Positions 60,891 through 64,000 of a stretch of 64,000 bases of DNA are shown here, piece after piece. The DNA comes from a virus: positions 7,778 to 71,777 of IMG/VR virus record IMGVR_UViG_3300026521_000226; one strand, given 5' to 3'. The notes below the pieces were generated by a model that was not told the origin of the DNA, ran no database searches, and saw only the letters and a program-made list of their open reading frames with translations. Numbering within the stretch: the first letter of the stretch is position 1; each line of letters starts with the position of its first letter. A program made the position numbers and the translations under genes.

Positions 60891-61832
60891 ATGGCAAGTA
60901 CTTCGTTAATATATGATAGACTAAAAACATATATAAATATGAGAATTGACACTATCCATGATTCATTGAAAGATTTATTTGATGATTATAAGGTGAAAGA
61001 TGTTGGTGACAATATAGACAATGTTAAAGCTGCTGGAGACAATAAAGATAATATTGATACAGTTGCTGATAATATAGATCCAATAAAAGATGTGTCTAAT
61101 GATATCGATAGTGTTAAAAATGTGTCAGATAAATTAGATGATGTTAGAAATTATGCTTCAACATATATTGGAGCATCAGATGATGCACCAGATTCAAGAA
61201 ATGATGGGTATGATTTACAAGATGGAGATTTATACTTTAATTCTGACGAGAATAGAATGAAAGTGTATAATGCTGATGATGAAGAATGGATCGATATCGG
61301 TACCACAGTTAAAGGTATTAAAAAAACAGCATCGTTTACAGGTGATGGAGATACAAAAGAATTTGATGTTGATGGTGGATATGATGCTGACAATGGTATT
61401 GTATTCTTAAATGGTTCTGTAGTTACTGAAGATGTTGATATCAGTGATGGTAGTAAGGTTAAATTTGATGATGCACCTGCTGATGATGATGAAATCGATT
61501 GTATTTTCTTTGGTTCTTTTGAGACATCAGACATTTATGAAGTGGTTTGTAATTATTATGTAGATGTATCAGATGACAAAGATGTTGATATTGGAAATAC
61601 ATATCTATGTGATTCAAGTGATGATGGGTTTACATTGACTTTACCTGATAGTGCCAATAAAGGACAAAAAATAATTATTGTTGATGTTAAAAAAACATTT
61701 GATGATAACAATGTTATTCTTGATAGGAATGGAAATAATATCGATGGTAAGGATGAAGATTATACATGTGATGTTATTAGAAAATATGAGATCTTATGTG
61801 TAGATGATGATCATAATTGGAGGGTATTATAA
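60891..61832 (+). CDS. Tail fibre / virion appendage protein
   Basis: V..NI..V heptad-like repeats, DGDLYFN, VFLNG, FTLTLPDSA..GQKIIIVD modules; very Asp-rich. Confidence 0.7.
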   Translation: MASTSLIYDRLKTYINMRIDTIHDSLKDLFDDYKVKDVGDNIDNVKAAGDNKDNIDTVADNIDPIKDVSNDIDSVKNVSDKLDDVRNYASTYIGASDDAPDSRNDGYDLQDGDLYFNSDENRMKVYNADDEEWIDIGTTVKGIKKTASFTGDGDTKEFDVDGGYDADNGIVFLNGSVVTEDVDISDGSKVKFDDAPADDDEIDCIFFGSFETSDIYEVVCNYYVDVSDDKDVDIGNTYLCDSSDDGFTLTLPDSANKGQKIIIVDVKKTFDDNNVILDRNGNNIDGKDEDYTCDVIRKYEILCVDDDHNWRVL

Positions 61833-63589
61833 TGAGCAAATATAGTGATAATATACTTAAACAAATACAAGGTGTTGATGGCATTGGTTCTGGAATTGAC
61901 ACAGATTTAGTTAGAGGAGAAGTGTTAAGTAAGTATGGTTTTAAAAACAAAATTATCAATGGAGATATGAGTGTAACCCAAAGAGGCAGAATGTTCTCTT
62001 TTGAAGATGATGGGGATTACACAGCAGATAGATGGTATACAGAAATTCAAGATGGTAAAGAATATGTAAGGCAAGAGATTGTATGGTCAAAAGATGAAGG
62101 TTCTTGGAAAGATGAAACTGACCCTTTTGATGATGGTAGTCAACATAACCTTTGGCAATTTGATGGAGATGCTACAGATACAAATGGTAATAATGATGGT
62201 ACACTTAATGGAGATGCTTCATTTGTAGATGATTATATTCCTGGTATAGGTGCTGTTAAAGTGCTTACATTAGATGGAGATGGAGATTATGTGTCTACTG
62301 ATTTTAAAATAGATGATAGTGATAAATACACACTTAGTTCTTGGTTTAAGACTGATACTAAACAAAATAGTGCTTGTATCTTAGGTTCAAGAGATAGTGA
62401 TGGAACATCAGAATATATAAGAGGAACAATAGAATTGGATAGTGATATATTACAATTATCTATGGGTGATGATAGTGATGTATCTTATCATAAAGTAAAT
62501 ATACCTAAGTATTATAATAATACTCTTCACAACATTGTCATAGCTATTGATGGTTATAATCAAACAGTATATTTTGATAGCAAAAAAATAGGAACTTACA
62601 CATTAGATGTTAGTGCAGGAACTAGTAGTGATTATACATATAGTATAGGTCGTTTAGGTGAAGAAGATGGTAATTACTTCAAAGGTCAAATAGCAAGAAC
62701 AAGAGTATTTTTAGGAAAAGCACTAACTCAAGACGAAGTGTATAAATTATATGTTGAAGATGAAAAATACATTCAACAAAAACAATTAAGAAGTGTAATC
62801 ACAAAAGATGATACTATTTCTAAATATCAACCATTCACATATAGATTTGAGGGTAAGGATTTAATTGACTACAAAGATGAAAAAGTAACTATTAGTTTCA
62901 ATGTTAGAAGTAATCAAACAGGTGATTTTAGTTTATCACTTATTAACCAATCAACAGATGATAAGCAAAGTTATATAACAAAATTTAACTATGGAAACGA
63001 TGATAATACATTCCAAAAAGTAAATGTAACAGTACCTTTATCTGATTTTGATAAATTCATTAGAGATAATGAAGAGTTAGGATTTGAATTAGTTATAGCA
63101 GGTATTGGAGATGAAACTGATACAGAAGGTATTCAAGATGGTGAGTATTTCTATTTGAAAGATACTGTTAAATTATCTGAAAATGATTGGATTGCTGTTA
63201 CTGATGCTCAATTAGAAGTAGGTGATATTGTTACTGAATTTGAAAGAAAATCTTATGAAGCAAATGTAGTTGAAAATAATGCTCCTTTTAATTTAGGTAT
63301 AGGTGCAAGTGGTTATAAATGGGTTGATGAAACTGCTAATAGAGATGCAGGTGTTACTTATACAAACACAACAGAAAAAGCTATACATGTGTCTGTATGG
63401 ACAGATGCTGGTAATGATAACTCAGCAATGTCAATATCATCATATGTTGATGATGTTAAAATCCAGTATCAAAAAATCGCTAATGCCGATGATAACGATT
63501 ATATTATGTGTTCATTTATAGTATCAAACGGTTCTACATACAAAATAGATGGTTATATAAATATAGTATCTTGGTTTGAATTAAAATAA
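61832..63589 (+). CDS. Tail fibre / receptor-binding protein with LamG-like domain
   Basis: GSGIDTDLV, KNKIINGDM..QRG, YTADRW, WQFDGDATD..LTLDGDGDYV..FKGQI..ALTQDEV, QLEVGDIVTEFE, GVTYTNTT..WFELK. Confidence 0.8.
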   Translation: MSKYSDNILKQIQGVDGIGSGIDTDLVRGEVLSKYGFKNKIINGDMSVTQRGRMFSFEDDGDYTADRWYTEIQDGKEYVRQEIVWSKDEGSWKDETDPFDDGSQHNLWQFDGDATDTNGNNDGTLNGDASFVDDYIPGIGAVKVLTLDGDGDYVSTDFKIDDSDKYTLSSWFKTDTKQNSACILGSRDSDGTSEYIRGTIELDSDILQLSMGDDSDVSYHKVNIPKYYNNTLHNIVIAIDGYNQTVYFDSKKIGTYTLDVSAGTSSDYTYSIGRLGEEDGNYFKGQIARTRVFLGKALTQDEVYKLYVEDEKYIQQKQLRSVITKDDTISKYQPFTYRFEGKDLIDYKDEKVTISFNVRSNQTGDFSLSLINQSTDDKQSYITKFNYGNDDNTFQKVNVTVPLSDFDKFIRDNEELGFELVIAGIGDETDTEGIQDGEYFYLKDTVKLSENDWIAVTDAQLEVGDIVTEFERKSYEANVVENNAPFNLGIGASGYKWVDETANRDAGVTYTNTTEKAIHVSVWTDAGNDNSAMSISSYVDDVKIQYQKIANADDNDYIMCSFIVSNGSTYKIDGYINIVSWFELK

Positions 63590-63600
63590 AGGAGATGTAA

Positions 63601-64000
63601 ATGAGGTATTTCAAAGATAGTAATAACAATATATTTGCTTATGAAGATAATATTAATAGTAAGTATATTAAACAAAATTTAGAAGAAATTACAGAAACAC
63701 AATATAAGTCATTTAGACTTTTTGGTGTTTTTGATAAAAATGAAGATGAAGTAAATGATGAAGAATTAAAAGTAAGAATTGAAACAGGTAGAACCAAACT
63801 TAAACAACAAATAAAAAGTGAATTTACTAAAAGATATGAAAAATCAGTGATACATTCAGACCAAATTGATAATGATATTGATGCTGGTGTTGAACCTTTG
63901 AGAAACATCAATGGACTTATTGATGTGTTAGCAGATGATGATAAAATTGATTATAGACTTGCTAACAATGATTTCAAAGAAGTTTCAAAAGATGATTTAA
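63601..64000 (+). CDS. Tail fibre assembly-like protein, 3'-truncated
   Basis: AAGGAG SD, MRYFKDSNNNIFAYED..., frame open to the window end. Confidence 0.65.
   Translation, partial: MRYFKDSNNNIFAYEDNINSKYIKQNLEEITETQYKSFRLFGVFDKNEDEVNDEELKVRIETGRTKLKQQIKSEFTKRYEKSVIHSDQIDNDIDAGVEPLRNINGLIDVLADDDKIDYRLANNDFKEVSKDDL

Noticed and set aside
1-64000. tRNA, integrase, lysis or reverse transcriptase genes
   Set aside because: None recognisable by eye; lysis genes may lie outside the window.

Overview
Most of an AT-rich (roughly 27% GC by eye) N4-like (Schitoviridae-related) podophage genome, circularly permuted. The promoter style and the NrdA sequence suggest a Campylobacterota host. Late/virion genes lie on + (56.3-64 kb, continuing at 1-23.8 kb): terminase, adaptor, tail fibres, portal, major capsid and ejection proteins. 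Early and middle genes lie on - (55.9 kb down to 23.8 kb): a single-chain T7-type RNA polymerase, two helicases, primase, Sak4-like ATPase, SSB, resolvase, thyX, nrdB and nrdA with a group I intron carrying an HNH gene. The physical genome ends probably lie at the divergence point near 55-56.3 kb. Main findings: (1) the virion RNA polymerase region is split into three in-frame genes whose only cysteines sit at the facing termini, suggesting a disulfide-linked ejected chain; (2) the octamer TTGGTWCT occurs about 130 times by hand count versus about 4 expected; (3) two ParB-HTH genes and one RepL-like gene each sit beside their own palindrome pair; (4) no DNA polymerase is recognisable, while a helicase carries an SSB-like C-terminal tail; (5) there is a candidate sRNA, RNase III-like stems and two pseudoknots. 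All family assignments come from motif recognition by eye, not database searches.
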